NCBI RefSeq assembly: GCF_009834535.1
Contig: NC_045696.1
Coordinates: 117,306,001-117,370,000, forward strand
Origin: Camelus ferus
Lineage: Eukaryota
Direction of reading: 5' to 3'
DNA: 64,000 nt
Part shown: positions 36,071 to 51,019 of the stretch, piece by piece
Numbering within the stretch: position 1 is the stretch's first letter
Layout: each line of letters begins with the position of its first letter
Notes under the pieces: model-generated
Told to the model about the DNA's origin: nothing
The model's input: the letters and a program-made list of their open reading frames with translations, nothing else
Database searches by the model: none
Program-made: the position numbers and the translations under genes

Positions 36071-39000
36071 TCCGGGGACACAGGACTTCAGTTGCTGACT
36101 GTGAGGTACAATACCATTCTGGAGACCTAAATCTACCTTGCTACATTTTTAATGCACTCAAACATCTGGCAATGGTCATTTTAATCGAATTCTTGTCTAC
36201 TTCCTCTTCTGCTTTGTTTCACTCTGGATCCATAAGGAAGTTGTGCAGATCAGGAACCGCAGAAGTGATCAGGAGGGAGTTAGAGTGAACACTGAACACA
36301 CATTGAGAGCCCCTGTCTGCACTGCCTCCGCCGTCCCTTGGTGCTTACCCCTTCTCCATCTTCTGAAGACAAAACACTTGTGACAAGCTTTAATCTTGTC
36401 TCAGAAAAGACGCCTCCATGTGCACACATAACCCCGTGTTGGTGTGTGGTATTTAACGTGACGGTTGAAGGTTATGGTCTTAGGACAACAGACCTTACAG
36501 AATAACCAAGCAAGCTTTCTACAAAGGCAACAAATTGCACTAAGTCTCCGTGTTGGAGTGAACCAAGAAGAGACACTGATTATAAACCTGAGTGTCTACA
36601 TGAAGGAAGAACAGCATTTACTACTCACTCTCTCGGAGCCAGGGACTGGCCTGCTGGGAGATCGGTATTCGTTCATTACTCTTCACAGTAACCCTACATT
36701 TTGGAAGATTTCATCACAGGGTAATTAAAAGCAAGAACTTGCAGGTCATAACACCCATGAGTGAATTCCAGGTCTATATCTATGACCTTGACCATGATTT
36801 TGTCTTCCCCTCTCTCCACCCATAAAACAGGATGTTGACCGCACCTCCCTTAAAGGATTATGGGAGGACAAAGTAAGTTACCATGTGGACAGAGACTGAT
36901 CACCTGGTCAATACTTATTAAGATGGTGCCTGCTGTTGAATGCATTTTATGATCGAGGGGACTGAGTGTGAGAAAGGTGCAACCATTCATTCAAAGCTAT
37001 TTGATAGTTGGAATCATCACTGAAGCAAGACTCGAACTTGGCTATGGCTGATTCCAAAGCTTTCAAGCCTCAGGGAATGGAAACCCAGGCCAAAGGAAAG
37101 GAACACCCAATCCCTTGGAACAGGACAACAGGCTTAGGGACACACATCAAAAGATAATCCACGTATCCAGAAGCACAGAGAATTGTGCTGGAACGCAGGT
37201 TCAGAGGAGAAAGGGCTTTTGTGGGTCTGTGGGCAAGAGAGAAGAGCTAGGGCGGAGCCATGTCTGTATGAGATGAGAGAGGCCACAGCAGGACAAAACA
37301 GTAGCAATGTCCTTGGGAGCAAAAGAATATTCCTGCAGCAAAATTAAGGCCACAAACCTAGATGACCCCCCCCCACACACACACACATTACAAATAAAAC
37401 GAAGAAGAAAGAAAATCCCTCAGTTAAAAAATTTCTTTAAGTGACCTATTGAGAAATAGAATCGTAATTATTAGAATAATTTGTTATTTATCAATAATCA
37501 TAAACGGGAGGAAAAAAAATCACGAGGCCTTCCTCATGGCTCCTCCCAAACACCAGTCATTTAGCTAAATAGGGCAGAGGGGAAGAAGTGTGCCTGAGGT
37601 AGCTGGGAAAATATTAAAGAAAAAAATTTTTTGTGAAAATAATTTTACAAGCCCTTCTGTTTTCCAACAAGGGGCAGATCTGTCCCCGGAGCCCTGCAGC
37701 TGGCCTCGCACAGAGCGAGCTATTAGGTTTACAGCTCCCAGAAGATAGCTTCACACAGTTCTGATTGCACGGGGCCCTCCGAGGTCTTGCTGCAGGTTTG
37801 GTTTTGGTTTCATGGTGATTTTATATTTCCTGTTCGAGGTTTTATTAGTTTTCTAGAGATACAGAAACACGAGGGGTCAAGGGGGAGGGAGACGCAAGAC
37901 GATGGAATGGAATCGTTAAGCTAAGTATAGGAATTTAAGGAAATTAGCTGTAGCTGGAATCGTGGGAGGTGGGTGCTGGAGGTTGGACACCCAGGCCCAG
38001 ATTGAATCAAAGATCCGGGGCCCAAAATTCCACGTGGAGTGAACTCACTACCTCTCCTGGCTTGTCCTCCCCGCCCCCGCCACCTTCTTCTACGACTCAG
38101 GATTGTCTTGCAAAAGCTTTCACCGTTGTAGACGTCAGGAACCCAGGGAAAAGTACACCTACAGGCCAAGGTCATTCTAAGCCTGTTTCAGCTGGTGGTT
38201 AAGAGCCAGACTGCGTGGGTGTGAGTTCAGGCCTCTCCACACTCCAGTCATGGGATCTGGGAGCCCAGCGTCCTTCATCCTGCATCTGTGTCGTGGAAAC
38301 AACGGCAGGACTTGACCCCTAGGGCTGTGTGTGTGTAAAGTCTCATTTAAGGATAAATGAGAAGCAAAGGAAAAATGATAATAAACGAGATTTTGCAATA
38401 TAATATACGTATATATATTTAGAAAAGTACCAGGCGTACAGTAAATGAGATAAATATAATTACTTAGGACGGTACCTGCCATATAGCGTCTCAGTAAATG
38501 TTCTCTCTCCATATTATGCTTATTATTATGACCATTAGTGTTGTTTTAAGGAAATACTGAGTTCCACAACTGGTTTGTTTCATGTCAGTTTCCTTAGACG
38601 GCTGTCGTGTGTGACCCTCTTCGATCGTCCTTGGGTCGTGGGCGAACCTTGCAGGTAAACCACAGACAATGAAGGCCAGTCAAGGTACATTTATTCGAGG
38701 TCAAGAACTCAGTACTTTTGAAAGTGAGGAAGTCTTGTCCAGAGCCATGCTTCTCAAGCATTCACGTGTGTGGGAATTACCTGGGGATCTTGTGAAAATG
38801 CAGCTGCTGACTGAGTAGGTCCTGGAGGGCTGGGGGTGGCAGTCTGCATCACTGCTGGATTACAGACTATACTTTGAATCACAGAGGAGTCTAGGAATGA
38901 AGACTCATCTGGCAGGCAGATAACCAAGCGTGTACCTAGCTCTATGGCTGAAGTCCAGCAGTGTTTTGTACAATTCACTCATCTCCTTCACACGGTCAGC

Positions 39001-40439
39001 TTGCCAAGTGAGCACTGGAGACAGGCAAGGGCCGCAGGAAACTGTGGGATGCAGAGGTGTCAGAGGCACAACACTCTTGCTCTAAAAAGATTTACCACTT
39101 GATGGTGAAGAATGACATGCATACACACCAAAGAAAACTGTCCAAGACCGCAAGGAAGAACTACCAGTGTTCTGAGGAGGGCGGGTCACCCCTCAACCTG
39201 AAAAAATCAGGCCAAGTGACACACTTAACATTGCTTTGCCTCAATTTGTCCCTCTGCAAAATGGAACTAATTTTCTTTCCAGCTGGCTCTTAAGAATATA
39301 TTAAGGGCATAATTAGTGCATTAAGATAAAAGTACTTTTGCAAGCAATATCCTGTATGATTGTCATTAATATTAGCAATAAGATCAGTGTTCTGGTTGTG
39401 AATAGAGAACTCGTTTGGGGTGATTTTACTTATAGCTCTACATAATTCTGAGCAACAGACTGCCTGCACAAGCCTACTTTCCTCATCTTGTGTTCCATGC
39501 ATGGTGATCTCTGGGGCCCACCCTCGTAAACCACCTGCTTGCTAATCTCCATCTTGGAGATGTGCTTCTCTGGAACTGCAAGCCTGGACCTTGCCCAGCA
39601 GGCCACCCTTTACTGTGACCCCTCAACACAATGGGCCACTCTAGTTCCCTGAATGGGCCACATGCTCTTACCTCTGTGCTCTTTTGTGCATGTCCTTTGT
39701 CCATCATGTGAATCAATTCCTAGCCCAGGGCAAATGTGCAGTAAGTTGTCGTGGTTGTTGAATGAACATACGTCCTTGGGTCCAAAAAATGCCTCCCTGC
39801 CCTTCTTCCTCCATCGTCCTTTTTTAAGTGACTCATCCTTGTCTTTTTCAGATAATTCAGCCTAAAGGTCATCTCCCTGCAAAGCATTTTAAGATTCTCC
39901 TCGCCCCTTTCCCTCTCTTGGAATCCTTAGCACTCCCTTTACTTGGTCAGAGAAGTTTGTTGTACTGTAGTATAGTTGTATACTTTCCTATCTCCGCCCA
40001 CCTACACAAACCTAGATTTTTGAGCACCTTAAAGTTATGGCTGCTTTTTTTTTTTAAATCTCTGTTTAACCAACAAGTAGTAGATGCTCAATAAGAATTG
40101 AATATAAAACTAAGGTTGGTGATCTCCTAAGGTGTATGTGCTTTCGAATCACCTGGAGAAACGTTAGAAATAAAGATTCTCATGCTTGACCTTGGACCCA
40201 GTGATTAGCCCCAGGACTAGGGTCCATTTCTACAGTCCAGCATTTGGGAACTGCTTTCTGTGATCTCAGATCAACTAGTAACTATTTCTACTGGGAAGAG
40301 ACTCATTTAGTTATACCTTCACTTTTTTAACAGTAGTTCTGTCATTTATTTTTCTCTGAGGCTGAGCTCTTGGTCAGGAATACACCAATCAGCGATGTCT
40401 TTGCTCTTATGGGAAAAACACAGTGGGCTTTACAAAGAC

Positions 40440-40700
40440 CCAAGCTGGTGACTGAGGACATGAGTTCCAGGGACTGGTTGCCCGGGTTGAGTACCAGTCC
40501 TGCCATCCCTTCCTTGGCTGTACAACTGTCTTAACCCTCTCTGTGCCTCAGTCTTCTCACCTGCAAAATGGGGGCAATAATAATCTTTACCTCATAAACT
40601 TGTTGCGAGGATCGAATGAGTGAAAACGTAAGGAATGTTTAGCACTGCGCTCCACGTGTAGGAAAACCTTAATAAATGTCAGTTGTTTCTATTACTGTTA
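40440..40700 (+). mobile_element. MIR SINE
   Basis: cttaaccctctctgtgcctcagtcttctcacctgcaaaatgggg core. Confidence 0.8.
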
Positions 40701-43700
40701 CAATGTCTATTTTTCTATTATGGTTTTAAGAAATTACCTTTGAGAAACATATGTAGTTATAAGGGAATGATTACCTAACAGTCAACATTTAAAAGCTAGG
40801 CAGGGGAATGGATAACAAAATTCACAATATGAGACTTTAATCCTAGGACCTACATTATCTTCCCATTGTTAGTTGCCTTCCCAAGATCTCCTGGTCCCCG
40901 ATGCCTGAAGATTTTTCTCCCATCTTGTTGTTCTGGAAATGTTAACAAGTATGCTCCACAGTTCAACATTTTACAAGAGACTGGGGTGAAGGATTTTATT
41001 TATATATATATATCTCTATATCTCAGAGGTTTGAAATTGCACAATCCCTCAGGTATAGGATTTCAACTGAGAGTCGCCTGTTTTCTGAAAGCCAGCCTTC
41101 CGAACAGACAGTAGTATATCAATTTGTCACCAGCTTGGAGATCCTGGCAGAAAATTGTGAAAATTACGTACCTGTAATTTGGTTTTCTCATTACGGGGAC
41201 CTTGACTGTCTGGGTGCTGTTGGGTAAGGTCATTGACACTTAGCAGAGAGCAGCTGGACTGGAGCATTTGGTGCCAAAACTCAGCAGAAACACCCCCCCC
41301 TCCCCTCCGCCTCTACATCCCGCGCTGGCAGGAAATTACACCCAAACCACAGAAAACATTGCACATGCCTGCATCCAAGAGTTATAATTAAGTTGATCAG
41401 CTTAAATAGGAAGGCTGTGACCCGGTTTTTAACTTTGTGTAAATAACTTGGGTGAAATAATCTACTTTGCTTGTTGTCCCCAAAGTGTTCATCCAACTGA
41501 AGGCAAGAGAAATCTTAAATTTCACCAGATTAATTTAGGGCAACTTTGAAGAAAGGTTTGCACATAAAAACTCTCAGTAGTAATAGTATGAAAATCAGTG
41601 GACTTTTTTCTCATTGAGAAAAAGAATTACTTCCCAGAGTCCCCAATCCTGGAGAAAGACAGTGTAGACATTTGACCTGTTAAAAGATCAGAACTGTGTG
41701 AAAGATTTGAAAATCTGCCTTGTAGAAGATAAACGTGTTTTGGCTCATTCCATGCAGTAGAACTAAGGAAAATGAAGAGACAAACACAAAGAGAAAGACT
41801 TAGGGTCAACATGAGTTTATGATGTAAAATGCCCCTGCATTCACAGCTGGCACTCTCCTCTTAGAAAGAGAACAGTATTTGCTTAGGGATATACCCTGAC
41901 AAGTGCTTGAGGGAGAACAGAGCATTACAGAGAATTAGGCGTAGACAGATTATTTGTCTATGTGTGGTAAACTCTCCTTTGTCGCCTCAATTTTTCAATT
42001 AAGTAATGAAACTAGCACAAAGCTGATTTCTAGAGGATCTCTCATGGGAACGGGTGCAGGGCTGAGTTACCTCCAGGACAGAGTAGGATGGGGGGAAGAT
42101 TCACATGTGACAGCTGGAGTGTCCAGGACCAGATGGATAAGGAATAAGTTGCCAGGAATTTGCCAAAAATTGTGGAGAGGGCTCCGGACTTTCAGAAAAG
42201 TTCATAATAAGTTGACTTAAATATCTGGGACCAGGGAAACCCTGGGGGTCAGCTGGATTGCATGAAAAAGAACATGCCTGTGTACTCTGCTGGCTCATAA
42301 AGTGACTCTCTCGGGACTAATGAGCCCATCTCTGTTTTCCTCACAGCGCTGCACTCTGGGCTACTCTTGGTCAAGGAACTGAGAGTCCATTGAGGGAGAC
42401 AAATGAATGGTGAGACCATGACAAGCCCAGGGGCCTAAATGTGAAGATGTAGTCCTGCTCTCCGTGCTAAGTGAGAAGGAACCCCAAACTCAGCCTTGGA
42501 GGAAGACCATATCAGAGAAGGGTTCTCAGAAGAGGTGACAATGTGGGGAGAGGGGACAGGGGACAGGGGGTAAATTTGAACAAAGTCAGTTCAAAATACA
42601 AGATTGGTACCTAGAGGGAACAGCAAACTGTTGAGCTTGGTTAGGTCACTGGGGCCACAGTGGGAGATTTGGCTGCACAAAACAAGCTAAGATTTGGCTG
42701 CACAAAACAAACAGGGGTCACATCATAAATGATTTCCTATCTCGATCAGTCTGTGTTGAAGACAATGGGGAGCCACTGAAAGTTATTAAGCAGGGGAGAA
42801 AGAATGAAATACGTCATGGGTCTCTAGACAACTATTTATTTTGCACAGTGTAGACATTTACCTGCCCCAATATTGTCGTCCTAGTCCAAGAACTCATAGT
42901 TTCTTCAAAACCCACCTCCCCCATGAAATCTTACCTGATAATCTCAATCCCCTCTTTCCATCCCTGCAACATTTGATTTTTTCCTCCAGTGTCACTTACT
43001 TCCTTGCACATTTTCTTCCATTGTAAGCATTCTTCAAGTGTCATTTTGTATCCAAGTCTTTATAAATCATAGAGAGTCACATGACTGTAACAGACAGACT
43101 TGGTCAATGAGTAAAGCAAACGAGGCATAAGACTTTTGTTTGCACGGTGAACATGTAGTAATACTCTTTATTTCCACAAAGAAGTAGGAAAAAGCCAAAA
43201 GGACAAGGGCAACACTGATGCGGATGTGAAATTGACCACAGCAATGGGGACCAATAGGGAGTGGTGAGGTCTCTGACAAATAGAGAGCTTGCTCACGTTC
43301 CTAAGAGGGATAGCAACCACTTCTCCCAAGTGATTGTTAATATGCAGACCTGGGGGTCCAGTCTGTACAATCTTTTGGTTAAAAGAAAGAAAAAAGTTGG
43401 AAAGTCAGATTTTATTTTTAAACAAACTTTTTTAAATTTTATTTTCTTCCTTGGGTTGAAGATCATCTTAACAGGTATTGACTTTGGAACAGGAACAGGG
43501 TCTTAAACTGCTCTGAACAGACATTAGACAAGCACAGAGGGTTGAAAGCTTTCTATTTAAAAAAATGGAAGTTGCAGTAAGAACTGGAGACATCTCATAG
43601 ATACGATGGGGTGGTAGTTTATCCTGCTCCCCCAAAATTAAATCAATATGTCATTAGATTTTTTTTTTATTATGATGGTCTGATCGGATGCTTGGATGTG

Positions 43701-46700
43701 CTGAGCATCACTGGGCTTCCTCCCAAAGGTTGAGGTTCCCACCTCCTCACAGAATGGCTTTGAGCAAAGGGAAGGAGGTTCTCTGTGAGTTTCCTCTCCA
43801 GCCTCTGAAGGATCTCAGCACAACCCCTGAAGGACAGCCGAGTCTCCTCTTCCCTTTGGAAGTACCCTCCCTAAGTGACCCCACTCAGCAGAAGGCTAGG
43901 GCCATGCCGCCCCCTCTGCGGATGGCTGGTGGATTTGGGGGCAGCTGATTGAATGTGCTTTCCTTTGATTCCTGTGTTCAGGGTGGATGTCCTCTCCCCA
44001 CATTTCTGCCAGAAATAGGTGAGGTCTCTAGGGAAACAAATGTCTGTGGAAATTCAGATTTGTATATGATACTTAAAAGTTGGCTCAAACCTTTCTAAAC
44101 ATTGCAGGCCAGTAGCTACAATCAGTGGTCCAGATATATTCTCTAGATCCCTAGATTACAGCTACTGTCATACATATTTATATTACTGTGAGGTCTAGAA
44201 CCTGGCTGAATATAATTTGAAAACAAGGTGCTCTTACGCCTGTGATTTTGAGCATCCTTGTCTTTGTCAACCACTTACCTGGTGTTGACTTTTACTGCTA
44301 TTTATCTTTCATGCTTATGTTCAATCTCCTCAAAGAGATGAGCCTTCCTGGATGGCAGAGACCATCACTAGAGCATCTTTCTGTCCCCAGCCCCTCACAT
44401 GGTTATCGCCCCCTTGCAGAGACACCATAATAACTATAAACATTAAAATGTATTAATTGCTTACTACAGACATCGTGGGTAATGATTCATTCATATTATT
44501 TCATATGCTTCTTAAAATTATTGCAAAATAACTGCTGATATTTGGATTCCTGCCTACAGGAAATCCCAAGTCAGGGAAAGTTGAACAACTTGTCCTGGCT
44601 CGGGTAGAAACTCAGGCATGGAGTCGGTACTCAAACCTGGAAAGCTGGCCCCAGGAGTCCTGTTATGTTGCAAAAAATGCCTAGTGATGGTAGAAGTGAC
44701 ATGGGTGAGGGCGGAGAACTTGAAGAGACTGTTTCTTTTGCCTCCCTCAAGCTGTACGATCCTACAAGGCTATTCTTTGGATGGTTGTCATTCCCCAAAA
44801 TTTCGATGTAATAATGTCCAGTATAAAAGAGAAACTGGAGTGTCTTATGAAGACAGTTGTCACGTAGTGATTCAAATCATCCTTAAAGAATGGTGTTCAT
44901 GCTATGGATTCAAAGGTATGTCCCGATTTCCTTCATATTTGATTTGAACATGATGGCTTAAACTATATCTTTAAATATTTTTAAAACACTAATTAAAAAA
45001 AACAAACAAACCCTGGACATTCAAATGGAAATTCAACCTACTGGAGACCTCCCATGTGCTAACTTGTAGTCTCACTGTGTAAGCACATAATACATACATG
45101 TGTATTTGAACATAACGTACATTTATACTAATACCACTTTTCTCTGCTTTACGTATTAGCGCTCTGGGTCAGATTTTGTTTGCATAATGCATTCTGCTTT
45201 GTGAGAAAGTTGGAAAGCATCTTCCCTAATACATAGCTCTTACTAAGTCAGCCCTTGCTTTCCCGCCTAATTACACGTGCCGTAACAGTCAGTAGAGGCT
45301 GATTAGCATTGTATTACACTTATGGAATCTAAGACGCAATCTTAGTGAGATGTACTATTATTATTTTGTGTGCTGCAAAGAAGGAAAAATACTTCCAGTG
45401 AAAACAGCTCACGGTGCATTCAGAGACCTCAATTTTCTTTCTTTTTAAAAATAAGTTCTTAAATCAATAGACTGTAATAATTAAGAATTTGGAGTCTGAT
45501 ATCAAATTACCTGGGTTTGAGTTTGTGGGCATCCCGCCTACTGTGACCTTCAGCAAATCACCAAACTTTTTCATCTGCAAAATGGAACTATTACTTCAAT
45601 CTGACTTAGGGGACTATTGCCAGGAGCCTGGGGTCTAGTAAGTTCTTGATAAATGTTTGTTATTGTCATTATTATGACCCCTGATAAAGCCCTTGATCCT
45701 GATTGTATAAGGTTGTGCCTCTTAGGGGTGGGGGCAGAGAAGTCATCTTTGTGTGATACCCAAATAAATGTTTCTCCTTTTAATCTACTTTCTGAAGCTC
45801 TTTACTCTTAGTCAGAAGAGTCAACACATATCTGATTGAATGGGCTTTTATCCCTAAAGGAGGAGGTTTGCCTGATGATCTAAAGCTCTGTTCAGATGCC
45901 AATTTAATCTCTTCTGATGGAGAGGTTTTAGAAGCTTTTAGTCCTCCTTGGTGACCTCCACATCACACAAATAGATTTCTTCTGCTCCTGTGTCCTATAG
46001 CCCCAAAGTACTTTAGAAGGATGGAGTAGGTTTTCTTCTAAAGTTTTGGTCTTGAGTGCAATGGTGGGAAAGTTTATTTAGATAAATGATGAAAGAATTC
46101 AAATTTGGGAGCTAACTTTAGCCACAGATTTTTTTTTTTGTTGTTGATGTTCAATGTGAAAAAATAAAAGTTCTAGGACCCTTTGAATTATGTGCATACA
46201 TCATTTCAAATGAAACTTTTATGTGGACAAATAGGAAAGTGGCAACTCTATTCTTAACATCCTCTTGATCTCAAACATGCCTCTCTAACTGCCGGGTAGT
46301 TAGCACCAACTCATCACATTTCAAAACAAATTCATGGACTTCTCCAAAAACAAGTGCATGCGTTAGTGTTGGCTAGGCTCTGCTACTGTAACAAATGGAA
46401 TAAAAACCTTCATGTCACAGTCTAGAGGTGGTCAGGTGGCTCTCCTCAGCATCTTGTGCTGAAAGTATCTGGGCTTCTCCCACCACATGGGTACGCCGTC
46501 AGGTACACTTTTCAAGGCTGGTTCAGATAGGAAGAGAAGACTTGGAGGCCGCCTGGAATAGCAAGAACTAGGCTTTTTAGTGGTTTCTCTCACTTCCACC
46601 CACATTCCATGGGCCAGAACTCAGTCCCAAGCCACCCCCTGAAACCTGTTGATTCTCCTTCAATAGTATCCAAACTTCTTCTTTTTTCTGTCCCCACCAA

Positions 46701-48134
46701 TACTGTCCTTTTTCAGATATTCTTCATCTTTCATTTGTACCACCAAAATAGTTCCTTAAGAGGGCCTTCTAACTTCCTAACTCTCTTTCCTCCCATCCCT
46801 GAACATATGTCCCCCTGCTGCTACCTGGGTTAATTTTCACAGACTTGGTCACAGTCCCTTGATTGAAAACCATTTCTCTGGACAGCCTGGAGGATAAGGG
46901 CTAATTTCCCTGAATGATGTTCCCTTACTGTCAATTGCCACTGTACCTGTCCAGGTTTACCTCTCTGGAGACCTCCTCATGTGTAACTCTATCCAGCCTA
47001 ACCAGATTTCTTGCTTTCCTGGAAATTTCCTCATTCCATGCAAGATCTCACCCTAGTTAATATTTTTCTCTTTTGAAGGCCTACTTGTTTCTCAAGACCC
47101 AACTGAGGTGTGTCCCTTCCTCTGCCAAGCCTTTCTTGATCCACCTAGTTGAAAGGAAATGATCATTCAAAGAACACTTAGAGCACATTTTAAGAATTTT
47201 TATTTCACACTTATTCTATTATTCTGAGTGCTTTCAGTTGATGAGGTATGGCTTTGTCTCTCTGGCTTGACTCCTTAAAGACCTGTAGTATGCACTAATC
47301 TGCACATGTGATGAATATAGTAGTTACTCAATGCACATTCATATGTTAACTAAACTCAGAGTAACTAACTGCTCAAACTAAAAGATACCACAAAAATTCT
47401 AAATGCAAGATTGTTCAATATACCTTTTGCTTTAGCAAGACACAAAAGCCTTGAGAACAGATTTGTTGTGTTCATGCTGAAATGATCTTTATATCAGATA
47501 ACTTAACAGAGAAGGCTCAAGATGGAAAATGAGGAAGGGCTTTGTCATTTCCTTATGATCCAGTTTGGTTCTTTAAAGTCTGAAAGCTCTACTGGCTGAG
47601 GATACCTGGGGCTTCAGGTGAAGACACATCAGAAGAGGCAACTAGCACTCATGGATTTAATCCCAAGCCACCCTCTTCAGCCACCTCTGCTCTGCATAAT
47701 ACATTTTCTCTAGTCTAGTTCTTACCTCCATTTTCTTCCAGCATTCTTCTTTCAGACTTATCACCTTCTCCTTGAGTCCTTAGCAAGATACTTTCTTGGA
47801 TGGGTCTACTCACATTATATGGCTTATAACTTCACGAACTTACTTTTTACTTGGATGAAAATCTCTTTTTGGAGGAAAGTGAAGAAAAAAAATAAAGGAA
47901 CAAAGGTGTATCAGCTGGATTCTTTAGACTTCAACTAGCAACAAGCTCTAAATCAAACTGTTATAAACAATATGGGGATTTATTAACTATCATAATAAAA
48001 GTCCAAGATTAAAATAAGCTCCCTAGATACTTTTTAGCAATTCTCTTGGTCCTTCTATGTGTTTGCTTTATCCTTGGGTCAGTAGAAAAATGGATTCAGT
48101 TATTCCAGACATAGCACTAGATACAACAACATTA

Positions 48135-49280
48135 AAAGAAGGTTAGTAGAAGGAATTAAATAATGAAGATCAGAGTGAAAATAAATGAAACAGGCTGAAA
48201 AAAAAAAATAGAAAAGATCAGTTGTTTCCTTGAAAGGATAACCAAATTGATAAACCTTTAGCCAGACTCATCAAGACCAAAAAGAGAGAAGTTATAAATA
48301 AAATCAGAAATGAAAGAGAAGTTACAATGCACATCAGAAAAATACAAAGGATAATGAGATTACTATGAACAACAAACTATATGCCAACAAACTGGACAAC
48401 CTAGAAGAAACAGATAAACTTCTAGAAACATACAGTCCCCCGAAACTGAATCAGGAAAAAATAGAAAATCTGAATGGATCTGTTACTAAGAATGAAATTG
48501 AATCGTAATCAAAAAAGTCTCAACAAACAGCAGTCCAGTATTAGATGGTTTCACAAGTAAATTATCCCAAACATTTAAAGAATTATTACTAACTAACCTC
48601 CTCAACCTAGTCCAAAAAACTGAAGAAAAAGAAACACTTTCAAGCTTATTCTACAATGCCAATATTACCCTGATACAAAAACTAGCAAAAACAACTACAA
48701 AAAAGGAAGAAAATTACAGGCCAGTGTGCCTAATGAAAATAGATGGAAAAATCCTCAACAAAATATTAGCAAATCAAATTCAACAATACATTAAAAGAGT
48801 TATACACCATGATCATATGGGACTTATTCCAGGGATGTAACAGTGATTTAATATCCACAAGTCAATGAATGTAATTTATCACATTAACAAAATGAAAGAT
48901 AAAAATTGTATCATCTCAACAGACGCAGAAAAAAGCGTTTGACAAAACTCAACATTCATTTATGATAAAAAAAAAAAAAAACTCTCAACAATGTGGGCAT
49001 AGAGGGGACATGACTTCATATTCAATATAATAAGGGTCATATATGACGAACCCACAGCCAACATCATAGTCAATGGTGAAAAGCTGAAACCGTTTCCTCT
49101 AAGCTCAGGAACAAGGTAAAGATGATCATTCTCGTCACTTTTATTCAGCACAGTGTTGGAAATCTTAGCTACATCAATAAGACAAGAAAAAGAAATAAAA
49201 GGCATCCAAATTGGAAAGGAAGAAGTAAAAGTGCCACAATTTGCAGTTGATCTGATACTATATACAGAACACCCTAAAGA
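48135..49280 (+). mobile_element. L1 ORF2 fragment (reverse-transcriptase region), degraded
   Basis: aaaattacaggccagtgtgcctaatg (NYRP.SLM), gacgcagaaaaaagcgtttgacaaa (DAEKAFDK) and tttgcagttgatctgata (FADD-like), with stops and frameshifts. Confidence 0.92.
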
Positions 49281-51019
49281 TGTATGTTTAGAGTAGAGTG
49301 AAGAAGTGGAGAGAACAGAAAGACAGGAGGACAGTGAGTGAAGAGGGGCCAAGAGCACATAGGGCCTTGTTGGTCATGTGGGCCACTAGAGGGTTTTGAG
49401 CAGAGAAATGACATGAGGTGGAATGGGCTTTAACAGATCATTTAGCTGCTGTGATTAGACTGGATGAGGAAAGGACAAAGCCAAGAGAAAGCAGATCCAT
49501 CAGAAGATTTGTGCAGAATCCAGAGGCAGGGTGATGGTTTGCTGGGCCATTGTGGTAGCATGGAAGTTGTGAATCCTCTTATATTTCAAAGTTCCCATGG
49601 CCAAGACCATGTGTGAGGCAGGAGATATTAGAAAGGAACTGAGGACAGGAAAAGTTTTACCCAACTCCAGTAGCTGGAATCTCATAGAAGTACTCTTTGG
49701 ATGTGGTCCTCCTGAGGTACTTTTGTGGGTTTTTAGAGATCGCCCATCGCCAGTGATCTACATTGATAGTATCAAGGCCCCTTCAAGCGGTCATGTACGA
49801 CCCTCTCCGTCAACCCTGGTTGCTGGCAGTTCATATCTCAGTTTGGACCACTTAGCTCCTCTGTATTGCTCTCTCGGACAGAGGACTCAGGCCAGCTCCC
49901 ATTTACAGCACCTAACTCTCCCAACAGGAGACTCACTTATCAACCATCCTGCCAAATTCAGGAAGTTCTGGCCATTTCCATTGCTTCTTAGTCTACTGTG
50001 CCATCCAAGGGCAATGAGCCAACTAGAACTTGTTAGGTTTAGACAAGACTCAAAATGCTGGTCCCTGGGTCCTTCAGTCCATGAAAAGAAATTTCCCACT
50101 CCCAGCATCTCCAAATTCCAGTTTATTTTTTGCCTCTTATACAGATGGAAAGAGAGTGATGGGTTAATTCTGGAGGAACAAGCTTCTCACTCTTAGCTAG
50201 ACCTACAGAAATATTCCACCCTCTAGCTTCACGAGATGGGGCATTCACCACTTATTTTCAGAAAACCCAGACCTCAAGAAAAATTGAATTCGATATCTTT
50301 TTACCATTGCAAGCATAGGGCTGGGGCAGAGTGAGGCACGTAAGCCATACAAGTTAAGGAGGTTTCCCTCTCGGGGACATGCAAATACAGGGTTGGCACT
50401 TCATGACCCAATGGTGGCCCTTCTAAAATGCTGTCCCCTGTGTGCCCCATTTGCCTTACCTGAGTCCCAGTCTTGACAAGTGAACAGAAACCAACTAGAA
50501 TTAACTGAAGCAGAAAAAGTATCTGTTAAAAAGTTAGATTTGTTTGGATAACTCCTAGAATCCCAGACAGTGCTGGAAAATAGGCTTGGAGGCTACACGG
50601 AGAGGCACAAGGCTTCAAACCATGCCACAGCTTCAGTGACAGCATCCCAGATTACACTGCTGGACAGACACACCCAGGCTTGGACTGTCCACCACTGTCT
50701 GGAACTGGAGAGCAGATTAGTTCTACCCTAACCACGGTTCCTGCCATTTCCAGAAATGGGTTGGACCACTGCTGCTGCTGCCACCACCCTCACCAATAGG
50801 GACTCTAAGCAGTCTCTCCTTACCCCCATCACTAGTTTCTAAATCTGGGGGGAGTGCTCGGAATGGCAGAGTCTAGGCCAGTGTGTCCAAGGTGCAGAGA
50901 ACTCTCAGAAGACAAAGATTGGCCATTTCTTAGAGATAAGCTTAGATTCACTAGGTCAGAACGTTTCCAAATATATGAAGAGAATTGAGATCCCGGACAG
51001 CCAAAAAGGAGTGACAAGT

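Noticed and set aside
48960..49358. 132-aa minus-strand ORF
   Set aside because: Antisense reading of an L1 ORF2 fragment.
49597..50196. Longest ORF in the window (199 aa, + strand)
   Set aside because: No recognisable motif, Ser/Pro/Leu-rich composition typical of chance ORFs, and it begins in L2-like sequence.
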